64,000 nucleotides of DNA from Octopus sinensis (Eukaryota). The notes beneath the pieces are model-generated. The model searched no databases, had not been told where the DNA came from, and worked only from the letters and a program-made list of their open reading frames with translations. The DNA is taken from positions 117,614,001 through 117,678,000 of the forward strand of contig NC_042999.1 in NCBI RefSeq assembly GCF_006345805.1, written 5' to 3'. The position numbers and the translations under genes were made by a program. Positions 12,808 to 25,584 of this stretch are shown in pieces. How positions within the stretch are numbered: the stretch's first letter is position 1; every line of letters begins with the position of its first letter.

Positions 12808-13199
12808 CTGTTATAAATAAGAGAAACACCTTTTATCTGCCAAGATTACAATATATGTAGCTTACAACACCTACGAAAAAAAGTACTATGACACCTATAA
12901 GTTATTTAATACAACATAAATGTTTTCCTCACTTTTGTTGGAATTTTCATTTAAATCAAGATTACATTCGGTGCTATGGAAAGGCCCGTGATGACTCTTC
13001 TATCAGTGACATGAATCGGCTAAAGATTTCTGGTACAAAGCTCAACCAAACGTAAATAACAATTTACGGCGAAACAGCTGCGGTGACAAGCATCTTTCTT
13101 TGAAAAAGAATGGTTTACTTTCGTGATGCTAATTAGTTTTATAAAAATACTGAGAAACGGCCAAAATCTGCCATAAGAGAGATAAAAAAAATAATGTGA

Positions 13200-15280
13200 A
13201 GTAATCGCCGCTGACATCACTAAACTCTCCTATATCTCTTCTCCTGAGATTGATCCCACTGAAACGACCGTGAAGAAATATATTGAACATAAGAACATTT
13301 TCAAACCACAGTTACAAAAAAAACAAAAAAAAAAAAGCTTTTCTTCTTCCTCTGAAATTCTGTTGAGCGGACAGGCCATTCTGAGCAAGATGGAAATAGG
13401 CCAAAGCTGTAATTTTGAAAGTTATTGATGACATTGCTGGCGAGCACATGAAATCGTGTGATGTTAATTACTAGACAATTAATACTCTCATATACCCTTT
13501 ATCTATCTTAAAGATCATCAAAGAAATATCTGAAGTATGATAATGACTTGAAGTAAACATCAACAATATGTGCCGCCATATTGGTATTTAAGCACAATAA
13601 TAAGATATAAGAACAATGAGTTCAGACTTCACCGATTACATTTTAAGCAAAAATGACAAAACTCTACAGCGAATTTTCATATCAAGCTCTTCAGAGAAAG
13701 CTAAATACTCTAAAACACAATTAGGGACACTGAAAATTCCTTGCTATCGCAAGAAAAGTTTTGATTGATATATTAATCAAGTTTGATATCAATGTACAGG
13801 CATTCTAGCAAGGGATCAAGAAGGAAAACTTTACCGTTATGAAGACGCATATAAGATCCCCAAACTCAAACTTGATGCAGTAAGCAGAATAACTGGAAAT
13901 TACGGGACACGGCTTAGCGTTATAAAATTAACATACCAGAATGTTTATCTTCTGACTATGTATCAACTGTCACAATTCTACCTCATAGTAAGTATCTGAA
14001 GCTTTGCAAACCAATTACAAGTAAACATTGTAAGCTAAGTTGAACCTCTAGCCTGAAAAAGAAACATTTCATAGAGTCTAATAGTGTTTAAATGTAACAC
14101 ACATGATTCATCCATAAAATATCAGAAACCTGTAAAGCAAAGATTAAAAAAATAATTAAAAGAAAAGTTTATGACCATAAGGAAACAAGAACTTCGAACC
14201 AATGTCGATAAAGTAAAATATAGATCAACATATAAACGCCTAATACAGAACAGACTGTTTGCCAGAATTCCTAAATCAGTCTATTAGCACAGGCCCTGTG
14301 AAATACACCACATCAGAAACAATACAATTTGAAATAAACTGGACTTCTGCAAGAGCTGTATAAACTGTATGTAGTAAAACAGGATCATGGCAAGTATGTA
14401 GAGTAGGAAGAATGCAAAATTAATGGCATAGTACTAGAAACAATCCTAAAATAACGATAAAGAAAAACAAATACCCCGGCCCAGATGTTATAAGAATAAA
14501 TTGCTTCAATAATTTCACTTTTTATCGCTGAGATTAGATAAAAATGTTATGCAAATGAAGTCAGAGGATGATGAAACGTGTCCAAACACCTGCCAACCAT
14601 TAGTATTCTCATTTCAATAAGCCTTTACATCACTAAATGTAAACTATGCCGTCAATAGCTTGTCATAACATGATATGTTATATATAGTACACAGGGTACC
14701 TTCAGCAGCTGCAGGGAAAGAAAGAAATATGGGTTTGTATAAAATAGCTACGAATCCAATCAAGAATATCATGTAGGAAGAAATAGACAAATTAGCGCAG
14801 GCAGTTAGTTAGTGACTAGATTAGCAATTATTACAGCAGCTACTTATTGTTGGTAGGTACTACTAAATACCTCCTCATTACTTCTTACAGCACTTTACTT
14901 CTCAGAGATGATGACCAGTTAAATCCGATGCAATATATTATGAAAAGGGTATCCGCGAACATGAATCTCTTAGGTCCAAGAATTAATACGAATAGAATTA
15001 GGATGTTATTACACAAAGTACTACAAATATTTGAATGAAATTTGCTCACACGACTTGACGCACACCAGAGGAAAATTCTGCGTCTTATTGGCTAAAAGTT
15101 ACTGAAGCGGAAGGTTAACCATAACCATATAAATGTCTATAATTTATTACGAGGCTTAAGAGAAATGTTAAAACGATCAGTATAGTAGTAGGTTAACAGT
15201 TTCACTGGAACAGGAATATGGTGTTGGTAATAGATTTGTCATCGCTTCAAATAACGAATTATTAAAATGGATAATAAAAT
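13200..15280 (+). pseudogene. Highly decayed LINE remnant (RTE/CR1-like, endonuclease and RT traces)
   Basis: Fragments KNKYPGPDVI (~14470, resembles KSPGPDGI) and LRDDDQL..MQYIMKRVSANMNLLGPRINTNRIRM (~14900, resembles YADD..LGL.IN..KTK). Many stops. Confidence 0.45.
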
Positions 15281-15857
15281 TAATGTATATTGAATACTAT
15301 CAACAACATTGTCAAACTTTACTTTCATGGGGTTAATTTGTATTTTTCTTCCATTCTATCTCAGTATATCTCTGTGTGTGTCTGTGTGTCTGTGTGTGCG
15401 TGCGTGCGTGTATATATATATATGTGTGTGTGTTTGTGTGTGTGTGTGCATGTGTGCGTGTGTGTGTGTGTTTGTGTCTTTATGTATTATGGATATATAT
15501 ATACATCTCTTTATACACATACACACTCACGCACGCACACACACATATGGGTGTTTGCTTATTTGCTATTATTGTACCAATTAAGAGCATTCTTCAGTTG
15601 CCTGCCATATGTCTTTTGTCACAATTTCTCACGTAGCAAAGTTCAAATGTTTTGTTTTGTGAAACATTCCTAGAGAAAATGGATTTATTTTCTTTCGAAT
15701 GTTTATTGTGATAGAAGCGTTTATTAACGAAAGCTAACATTTAAAACTTATATTTACTTGTAAAAATTAAGATATGTAAGCATTTGTTTCTTATTCTCAA
15801 AACCCAAATAATCAATAATTCAACAAATTTTCTGAGTAATGTATGCTGAAAATATTT

Positions 15858-16197
15858 TGGCTTGACTGTGAGGAAAGAAGTTTGCTTCCTAAAGCAAACT
15901 GTTCCGGGTTCAACTATAGCCTCACGCGACCAAGGCGTTGCGAGTGGATTTTGTAGGCGGAAAGTGTAGGAAAACCGTCGTATATATTATATGTTAGCTT
16001 GTATGTGTGTGTGTGTGTGTTTGTGTGTATTTGTGATCCATCACCGCTTGACAATCGGTGTTGCTGTGTTTATGTCCCCCGCAACTAAGCGGTTCGGATA
16101 AAGAAACCGATAGAATAAGTACAAGGCTTTAAAAAATACTGCAGTAGCCTAGTTCGACTAAAAATGTTTCAATATGGTCGCTGTCTTATGACTGAAA
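15858..16197 (+). mobile_element. Degenerate SINE (OR-like)
   Basis: gttccgggttca...gagtggatttt...catcaccgcttgacaatcggtgttg...aagcggttcggataaagaaaccgatagaataagtac. Confidence 0.65.
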
Positions 16198-17198
16198 TAT
16201 GAAAAAGGTAAAAGATAGAAGATAAAACCTAACCAGGAGCGACGAATAACGTTGAAAATAATAGACAAAACCAGAAAAGCAAAAACGCAAGAAAACAAGC
16301 GCATAAAAGTTTATTTTTCAAGTTACAGCGGCTTAATTAAATACTGAGGCTTAGCATCAGCACTAAAGGTGAGCATTTTTTACAGAGCTCTCTTCTGAAC
16401 ACGTTGGCTGTATTACTTTTCTAAAGTTAGGTTTGCCTTTCTCTTTGCCTCATCTCTCAGCCTCTAACCTGGTCAACTCCTTCCCATGAAACAACAGTGT
16501 GAAATATTTCTCTGCTCATTGTTTTCATACAGACAGTAACATTCAAATATGTATGTCGGATGTTGACCACTTTAATTTACCTTCTCTCATGATCTGAAAA
16601 GATCATAAGCATTGCATCCCACTTCCATGATTAACTAACGACTTCAAAGAAAGATTTGGGTTACTTTTATTGTCTTATGTTATGGCAGCCAACATTTAAA
16701 TACTGAAGTATTTTTGTGGGTATAAAGTGAGGATTGAGAGGTTTTTTTCAGTTAAGCAGCAATGAAATGAAACGCCTTTCCATGGTATATAAATGTATAT
16801 CGAAAACTACCATAAACTAGTAGCAAATCAGTTATAACTATACATGTCTTCAAGTAATGCCTATGAAATCCATCGATGCATGATAGTTAAATGACTAGTT
16901 TATTGACATGAAAAATTATGATTTAGCATTTAGCATGGTTAAAATGGCAGTGAATAAATATTAATGAGAGGGTTTAGAACATCTGAAATAAGTTGCAATT
17001 CAAACAGTCATCAGTAATTTTACATATTACTCAGTGTTTTTATATTATTTATTGAATAATAAGCTTAGATTAAGTTAAACTGTAACTACAAGCCACTTGT
17101 CTTTCAGTTTCTCTTGTTCGGCAGCACTACATATCTATGCGTGATCATATCTGTTCCGGTAACTCGATTTCACGAGAAATGATATATTCAGAAACGCA

Positions 17199-17199
17199 G

Positions 17200-17255
<56 letters not shown>

Positions 17256-17268
17256 CATGTATATATAT

Positions 17269-17316
<48 letters not shown>

Positions 17317-17340
17317 TACATACATACACACATACATACA

Positions 17341-17376
<36 letters not shown>

Positions 17377-17391
17377 TATATTATATATATA

Positions 17392-17440
<49 letters not shown>
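17199..17440. repeat. Compound (TA)n/(TACA)n microsatellite
   Basis: Seen directly; mirrored at 18775-19027. Confidence 0.95.
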
Positions 17441-17446
<6 letters not shown>

Positions 17447-18205
17447 CAACAATTGAGGGTAAAATTAATTAATTATTAATCAATTTCACCAAGTATTCAG
17501 TATGTAAAGGGACCATTTAAGGCGAATTCAAATTATTACATTATATAAAAGGGCTTAGTAAAATAAATTACTTTGCCACATACTGAACGCATTAGAAATA
17601 GTAGCTAAAAAAACTTTTTTAAAACTATTTCTAATACTTAAAGAAAATCTCTCTCATATAGTGCTTGCTCAATTCAACTCACGAAAGTATGGGGGTAAAG
17701 ACATTAAAAAATCAAATGCAAAGGTTATTTGAGAACGTACGTTTCAAGATTAGTCAACTCGACATTTCTATCATCAGCTCAGAACTCCTTGGTTTGGATT
17801 TGAAAACACTGAAAGTGGGAGCATACCCTTTCGGCTTCTTATCGCTTCTGAAGATCTGCTCGAAACTAACAGTGCCAGCAAACCCAAAATATGCAAGCGA
17901 AGAATTTCTGCTCTCCCCTTTCCACCAGCGTGGGTTAAAATCAGCAAACACTATGCTTTTTCGGTAAAATCCGAAGCATTAAATAGAGAGAGGTGAATTA
18001 TAATTTCAACAATTGAGGGTAAAATTAATTAATTATTAATCAATTTCACCAAGTATTCAGTATGTAAAGGGACCATTTAAGGCGAATTCAAATTATTACA
18101 TTATATAAAAGGGCTTAGTAAAATAAATTACTTTGCCACATACTGAACTCATTAGAAATAGTAGCTAAAAAAAGTTTTTTAAAACTATTTCTAATACTTA
18201 AAGAA
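17441..18205 (-). mobile_element. Tandem array of a 560-bp HHR-containing unit (1 full copy plus 205-bp partial); non-autonomous PLE/retrozyme-like
   Basis: taatttcaacaattgaggg occurs at 17441 and 18001 (period 560), and 18001-18205 is nearly identical to 17441-17645. Confidence 0.85.
17730..17781 (-). ncRNA. Type I hammerhead ribozyme motif
   Basis: TGAG-CTGATGA-[stem II]-GAAA-CGTACG-T-T-CTCA; reverse complement of 18533-18584. Confidence 0.6.
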
Positions 18206-18206
18206 G

Positions 18207-18774
18207 TATATAATGTAATAATTTGAATTCGCCTTAAATGGTCCCTTTACATACTGAATACTTGGTGAAATTGATTAATAATTAATTAATTTTACCCTCA
18301 ATTGTTGAAATTATAATTCATCTCTCTCTATTTAATGCTTCGGATTTTACCGAAAAAGCATAGTGCTTGCTGATTTTAACCCACGCTGGTGGAAAGGGGA
18401 GAGCAGAAATTCTTCGCTTGCATATTTTGGGTTTGCTGGCACTGTTAGTTTCGAGCAGATCTTCAGAAGCGATAAGAAGCCGAAAGAGTATGCTCCCACT
18501 TTCAGTGTTTTCAAATCCAAACCAAGGAGTTCTGAGCTGATGATAGAAATGTCGAGTTGACTAATCTTGAAACGTACGTTCTCAAATAACCTTTGCATTT
18601 GATTTTTTAATGTCTTTACCCCCATACTTTCGTGAGTTGAATTGAGTAAGCACTATATGAGAGAGATTTTCTTTAAGTATTAGAAATAGTTTTAAAAAAG
18701 TTTTTTTAGCTACTATTTCTAATGAGTTCAGTATGTGGCAAAGTAATTTATTTTACTACGCCCTTTTATATAAT
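18207..18774 (+). mobile_element. Inverted, circularly permuted full copy of the 560-bp unit
   Basis: Reverse complement of about 17541-18108; I counted roughly 6 substitutions by eye. Confidence 0.9.
18533..18584 (+). ncRNA. Type I hammerhead ribozyme motif (GUU site after 18580)
   Basis: Stem I TGAG/CTCA; core CTGATGA 18537-43; stem II with U.U base, AGA/TCT and GTC/GAC; GAAA 18569-72; palindromic stem III ACGTACGT. Confidence 0.6.
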
Positions 18775-18845
18775 ATATATATATATATATATGTATGTAT
18801 GTGTGTATGTATGTATATATGTATGTATATATGTTTGTATATATG

Positions 18846-18903
<58 letters not shown>

Positions 18904-18963
18904 ATAATATATATATACATGTATAATATATATATACATGTATATAATATATATATATACATG

Positions 18964-19016
<53 letters not shown>

Positions 19017-19089
19017 ATATATATATACTGCGTTTCTGAATATATCATATATGTATATATTTATATATATATATATATATAACGTATAC

Positions 19090-19330
19090 TAGCCATATCA
19101 ATATGGCTAACCACTAAGGGTGGGTGTTACTGTAGCTTTTAGCCCCAGGAGATCATCGTCTCCAGCTGGCAAATATCAGCCAACTGGGGAGAAGGAGTAC
19201 AGAACAAAGGCGCACCACGTGGTAGTACGACGGCATATGACGACAATGGTCGGCATACTGATGCCTGAGGGTTGTATGAACTGGCTTCTAGCAGCGGAAA
19301 CCCGAACTACAACTTGTTTGTCCTACAGAG
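19090..19330. repeat. GC-richer structured repeat cassette (possibly a LINE 5' UTR)
   Basis: Nested hairpins ccccag...ctgggg and catatgac...gttgtatg. Family not identified. Confidence 0.4.
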
Positions 19331-19399
19331 AACTTTCTAGTTACTTTTGAGTATCCCCTCGGATATATGTACACAATGTGCGATGGGTAAATTGTCGCC

Positions 19400-20200
19400 A
19401 TTTTATAATTTTAGTTTCATGCATGCACAGTCTGATTTTGTCAACTACACAGTATACTAGGGTCGGTTGAGCATCGTCTGTGAGAAAAGCAATACCATGA
19501 CGCTATTCACTCTGCTAGAAATATGGAAACGACACGCTGTACTGCTTGGCATCCACATCGGAAGTTCCACTAGGAATATTTCAAAGTGTTTGAGTGTCAA
19601 TTTGAGGACAGTGCAGTCTGAGGACATGTACCGAGAATGATAAAATTCAAACATCCAGTCAGCACCATGGTGTTTGGAATGATCACTAATGATGGCGGCA
19701 TTATGCCTCCATTCATCTTCCCACACGGCTTGAGCCTCAACACAGAGGCCTACATCAAGTACCTGGAGGAGGTAGTATTGTCCTGCGTTAAGACGGTAGT
19801 TGCTAGAAGTCCATATATCTGGCATCAGAACTCTGTACCATGCCACATAAGCAGGAGAACCCAGTCAGAGCTGTCTGCCAATTTCTGAGACCACATCACC
19901 CCTAACATCTGGCCACCTAACTCCCCAGAGAGCAACTCCTTTGATCATTATGTGTGGGGCGTAGTTGAGCGAGAGACCAACAAAACTTGTAACACCAAAG
20001 AACTGAAGGCAAGGTTTATGGCAGCATTCATCAACTTAAAAAAAAGGACCTTCAGAAGAGTTGCAGAAGATTACGAAGTCGTCTGGAGGCCATGGTTGAA
20101 GCCTATGGCGATTTTATTGAATAAATTTGCTCTTTAGTATTTTAAGATATCTTTATTTAATTTTGGTTAATATATCTGCTAAAATGAGATATCAGTGTTA
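19400..20200 (+). mobile_element. Decayed Tc1/mariner DD37D (maT-like) transposon, internally deleted
   Basis: KHPVSTMVFGMITNDGGIMPPFIFPHGL...WHQNSVPCH...IWPPNSPESNSFDHYVWG, with 37-residue spacing between the last two catalytic positions. Confidence 0.8.
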
Positions 20201-20258
20201 TTTTCATTTATATATATGATAGTATAAAATAATATATTATGATATGATATAATATATA

Positions 20259-20341
<83 letters not shown>

Positions 20342-20371
20342 AATACATACATACAAATATATATATATATA

Positions 20372-20412
<41 letters not shown>

Positions 20413-20919
20413 TGAAATATTTCTGTTTCTACACACTTTCGTAAGATATGAAAATATTTGTATAAGTTCAAATAGACAAGGATAAATCTAAATCTTGTAA
20501 TGTATCTATATATGTTTGCGTTCATATATAGAGCCAGAAATGAACGTAAATGTGAGTATGTACGAGAAGTCCTTTACTTTCAATGAAATAAGCTGGCTGC
20601 TGAAGATGGTGTTAGATTTTAACATCATAAGAGATTTAGCGTTCATACTATTAAGAAAATATCGGCAGACATATTGCGGTATATATGAAAATATTATATT
20701 TGGTTAGTTTAATATTTTCATTAAAGAAGATGTATTGTTATGGGTTTTCTTTTTTCTTTTTTTGTTTACAATGCCATCTTGCAGAATTTCCATTGTGGAC
20801 ATTAACGTAAAGCGATTAGTGTTTCTTATTGTTCTTGATTGTTTTTCCTTTGCTGTTCTATGTGCACAAATTTTAAATGTAAGTTAAAATTCTTATATCT
20901 ATGAATTCTGTTCTCTCAG

Positions 20920-20987
20920 CTATGAGATGCACAACAGCTGATAACAGGATTTATTCAAAATCTATCAATCCTCGGAATTTGTTTCCA
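20920..20987 (+). CDS. Candidate exon (MRCTTADNRIYSKSINPRNLFP)
   Basis: Acceptor ttctgttctctcag, donor gtatgg; phase-compatible with 20532-20551 upstream and 21103-21270 downstream. Confidence 0.3.
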
Positions 20988-21102
20988 GTATGGATACTAA
21001 ACTATTCACTTTAAAAGTTGATAAATGGATTTTATCGAAGAAAGCACCTTAATCTATGACATGAAATATTCTAAAGAATAAATATTCAACATTGAGTTGT
21101 AG

Positions 21103-21270
21103 GCCATTTCTGGTGATTTTGTTAATGATGCATCCATTTATAGGATATACCGTGACTGCGTAGATTTTGAACAGTGCCCTTCGAATGAACAAAACACTAA
21201 CTATTTGTTGCATTTTACTGCAGAAAGCACGAAACTGGATATCAGTTTTTACCTCTCCCCAATTCTCTGA
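21103..21270 (+). CDS. Candidate terminal exon (AISGDFVNDASIYRIYRDCVDFEQCPSNEQ...LSPIL*)
   Basis: Open 55 codons after ttgtag and in phase with the previous candidate; the acceptor is weak. Confidence 0.25.
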   Translation, partial: AISGDFVNDASIYRIYRDCVDFEQCPSNEQNTNYLLHFTAESTKLDISFYLSPIL

Positions 21271-21539
21271 TACCTTACAGACATGCCAATTTATGGCCTT
21301 CACATATATTCTTTAGAGAAATCATATTCATCACTTGAAAAGAAAGTTAGTATTACAAATAAAAACGTAGATGACGCAAATCATTGAAAAACGTTTCAGA
21401 TCTAGTGTGGCCTCAGCACAGATCATTGAGTCATGTGAGTAAAGACTGTAAAATATTCAATTCCTGACCATACTTTTTCTGCCGCTTGACTGTATTTAAC
21501 CAAATATAAAAACAAATATTAAAGCCTATAACACATAAT

Positions 21540-21836
21540 GTTGTTGTTGTTTGTTCCTTCTCGGGCCACGCCTGGCTCATAAGGGCCGAATTCCCGGTTT
21601 CCTTGGCGTATAGGTTCCCCACCTGGATGGGACGCCGGTCCGTCGCAGGTGAGCTGCAAAATTCAGGAGGAAAGAATGAGAAAAAATTGTGGCGAAAGAG
21701 TTAGCTATAGTTCGCCATTACCTTCTGCCGGAGCCGCGTGGAGCTTAGGTGTTTCGCTCATAAGCACATACATCGCCCGGTCTGAGATTCGAATCCGCGA
21801 GTCCGCTGCTCTAACCACTTGGCCATGTGCCTCCAC
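21540..21836 (-). mobile_element. tRNA-derived SINE (OR-like head) with (CAA)n tail
   Basis: Minus head gtggaggcacatggccaagtggttagagcagcggactcgcggattcgaatctcag; shares its 5' body with 57620-58092. Confidence 0.85.
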
Positions 21837-22129
21837 AACAAATAATGTAGCGAGTGATATATATTGATGGAAATTAACTTTTAATGATGGGAAAATATTC
21901 AATTAATTCAAATTCAAGGTTGTTTGTCCTTGTCATGAGCAGAATTGGTCATTCATTTAAAATTTCTCTTTTATTTCTTGTCATTAAAACATTAATTTGA
22001 ATTAAGGAAAATAACTAGGTACACTGAACCAAGTATGTTAACACTCATTTCACCACCTGTTATATTAACATATAGATTCAGAGAAACAATAAATGCAACT
22101 AAGTGAAACGAGACGTAGGTGCGAATGTA

Positions 22130-23158
<1,029 letters not shown>

Positions 23159-23166
23159 TACATTTA

Positions 23167-24078
23167 TACGAGGTGGTATCAAAAAGTTCCAGGACTAGTA
23201 CTGTAGCGCGCCAACAGATGACGGCACATGATTACGCGCGCTGTGAGGGCTAGCAGTGACCTTCATGAGGCAGTGTGCCGAGCGACATTGCTGTGTTTAC
23301 TTTGCAAGTTGTGAATTTTGTTTTTGTGATCACGTGTATGCTGTAGTCTGCGATCTTGTCATGGACAGGGACTAAGAGCCAACGTAAAATTGTGCGTTAA
23401 ACTTAGGAAGTGTGCTACAAAGACATTGACCATACTTTAGCAAGCGTACGGCGACGAGGCAATGGTTCGTACACAATGTTTAGAATACCACAGGCGCTTC
23501 AAAAGCGGAAACCTATCCCTGGAAGAGGATGAGCGATCTGGAAGACCTGCTAGGAGCATCATCTCCGGAAATGTGGTACTGTGTATCGAGAATTCGTTCC
23601 CCAGGGCCAGAACGTCAGTCGAGAGTTCTACTGCGACGTTTTGAAGCATTTGAGGGAGGACATTTGGCAAAAAGCGACTGGATTTATGGAGAGCGAAGAA
23701 TTGCATTCCTCACGACGACAATGCACCCTGTCACCGAGCTAACCTGGTGAGTTTCTCGCCCAAAACAACATGGTATTGTTTTTACAACCACTCTATTTGC
23801 TGGATTTATCACCTGCGGACTTCCACCTCTTCCCCAAGATGAAAATGTAGCTGAATGGTCACCGTTGTCGAGATCCAGAGCTAATCACAGAAGGTCCTCG
23901 ACTCGCATAGGGAAAACAACTTTGAAGCCGAATTCCAAATGTGGTAGAAACGCTGGGACTTGGGTATTGTTGCGCAAGATGACTATTTCGAAGAGAGATG
24001 ATTTTAAAACTTATGTAAACAAGTTATTTCTAATTAAACATAAGTAGACATGGAACTTTATTTATACCACCTCACATA
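23167..24078 (+). mobile_element. Second mariner transposon, internally deleted and decayed
   Basis: TIRs TA-cgaggtggtatcaaaaagttcc / ggaactttatttataccacctc. Traces RFKSGNLSLEEDERSGRP, HDDNAPCH and DLSPADFHLFPKMK. Confidence 0.85.
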
Positions 24079-24099
24079 TATGTGTGTGTGAGTTTGTGT

Positions 24100-24132
<33 letters not shown>

Positions 24133-25402
24133 TGTATAGTTAAATTGCTAGATAGATAAACAGATAGGAAAATAGATAAATAGTTGGATAGATGAATAGT
24201 TAATGCGATAGAATTCATTAAATTCAGCATGCTTTTATTGAATATCTTATTGTTACTTCCCGGGCATTTTCTTCGAACTGAAACTTCTGAACACAAAACT
24301 TCAATGCATTCTCTTAAGAAACACACAACATGATAAAAACATATCAATTGCAATTGTTACAGCAAACAGATACCTGGAGTTATCTCTATTCTCTTTGCTA
24401 TCTGTCCTTCCGTGTTGGTACATTCAATTATTTCTCCAACATTTTAATACAGTAATGCTTTCGTACATTGGCATAAACTTTGAAAGCTGTTAGAATTAAA
24501 ACTTGTAACACCGAAGCAGCATTGTCAAATGTAGTAATGATGCACCTATGATAAAATATCACACCGGATCGAACACCAGGTCATGAACTTATATCACCAT
24601 ACTTCTCCGCTTTCATCGGAAATATTGATGGAACTTATTGACACAGTTCTTCAGGTTTAGAAGATAAATATCAGAGGTTGTATCGTTCACGAGTTTTCGA
24701 TAGATATCAGCAATATAAATAAACTGAAATAGTGGCAGAGGGTAAAAAAAGACGAATTTTAATATCAGTTTGCGAAGATTAGAAATTTATTTATTTTAGT
24801 AGAGGGAAAACGTCAGAATCAACGGCTCTTTTCAGAATGTAGTGAGATGATGAACGTAAGTTACCTACCGCTGAAATTACCCTAGGTTCAGGTCGTGGTG
24901 ATAAGTCTAGCATGCAAATACAAGAGGGGTCACCTCCGACATCTGACTGTAACCAAAATAATAGTGTTCAATACAAACTTGGAAAAAAACTTCTAATCTG
25001 TATTCATAAGTGTTTGTTGGCCATTGATTTCACTTATGTGCATCGAAACTTTGTTCAGAACTACCGAATTATTAAGATGAATTAGTTAAAAGCGTACAGT
25101 CATTTTATGGAATACATTTTGTGAGAATACTTAGATGGCTGGATAGAAACACTTTCAAATATTTTTACTAATACTGTCAATAAGAAATAGTGTCTGTTAG
25201 TTGAATTTGGTAGTTTTGGATTGAGTAACTCCTAATGGAATTGTTACAACCGCAGTATACCCTTGATATTTTAAATCTGATTTGCACCTAAAGATAATAT
25301 TCTAGGCTTCGATAGTAATTAGAAGTATTATACTGACACCTCACAAATAACTATACTGCATTCTCTCTAGAATACATATTTGCCACAAGATTAGCAAATT
25401 CG

Positions 25403-25584
25403 TTGAAGAGGGTAAGTCGACTACATCGATCCCAGAGCTCAATCGGTACTTATTTTGTCGACCCCCGAAAAGATGAAAGGCAAAGTCTACTTCGGTGGAA
25501 TATGAACTCAGCACTTAAATGACGAACGAAATGCCGCGAAGCATTTTCCCCGGCTTGCTAAAGATTCTGCCCGCTCGTCACCTT
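25403..25584 (-). mobile_element. SINE (OK-like), degenerate
   Basis: aagtcgactacatcga...ggtacttattttgtcgacccccgaaaagatgaaaggcaaagtc. Confidence 0.7.

Noticed and set aside
17848-17875. CTGAAGA-tctgctc-GAAA-CT-aac-AG-T hammerhead-like string on the strand opposite the main HHR
   Set aside because: Stem II does not pair, position 17 is G (not NUH) and there is no stem I.
17665-17967. 100-aa and 65-aa ORFs in the 560-bp unit, duplicated at 18347-18625
   Set aside because: No RT, EN or other recognisable motif; they recur only because the unit is duplicated.
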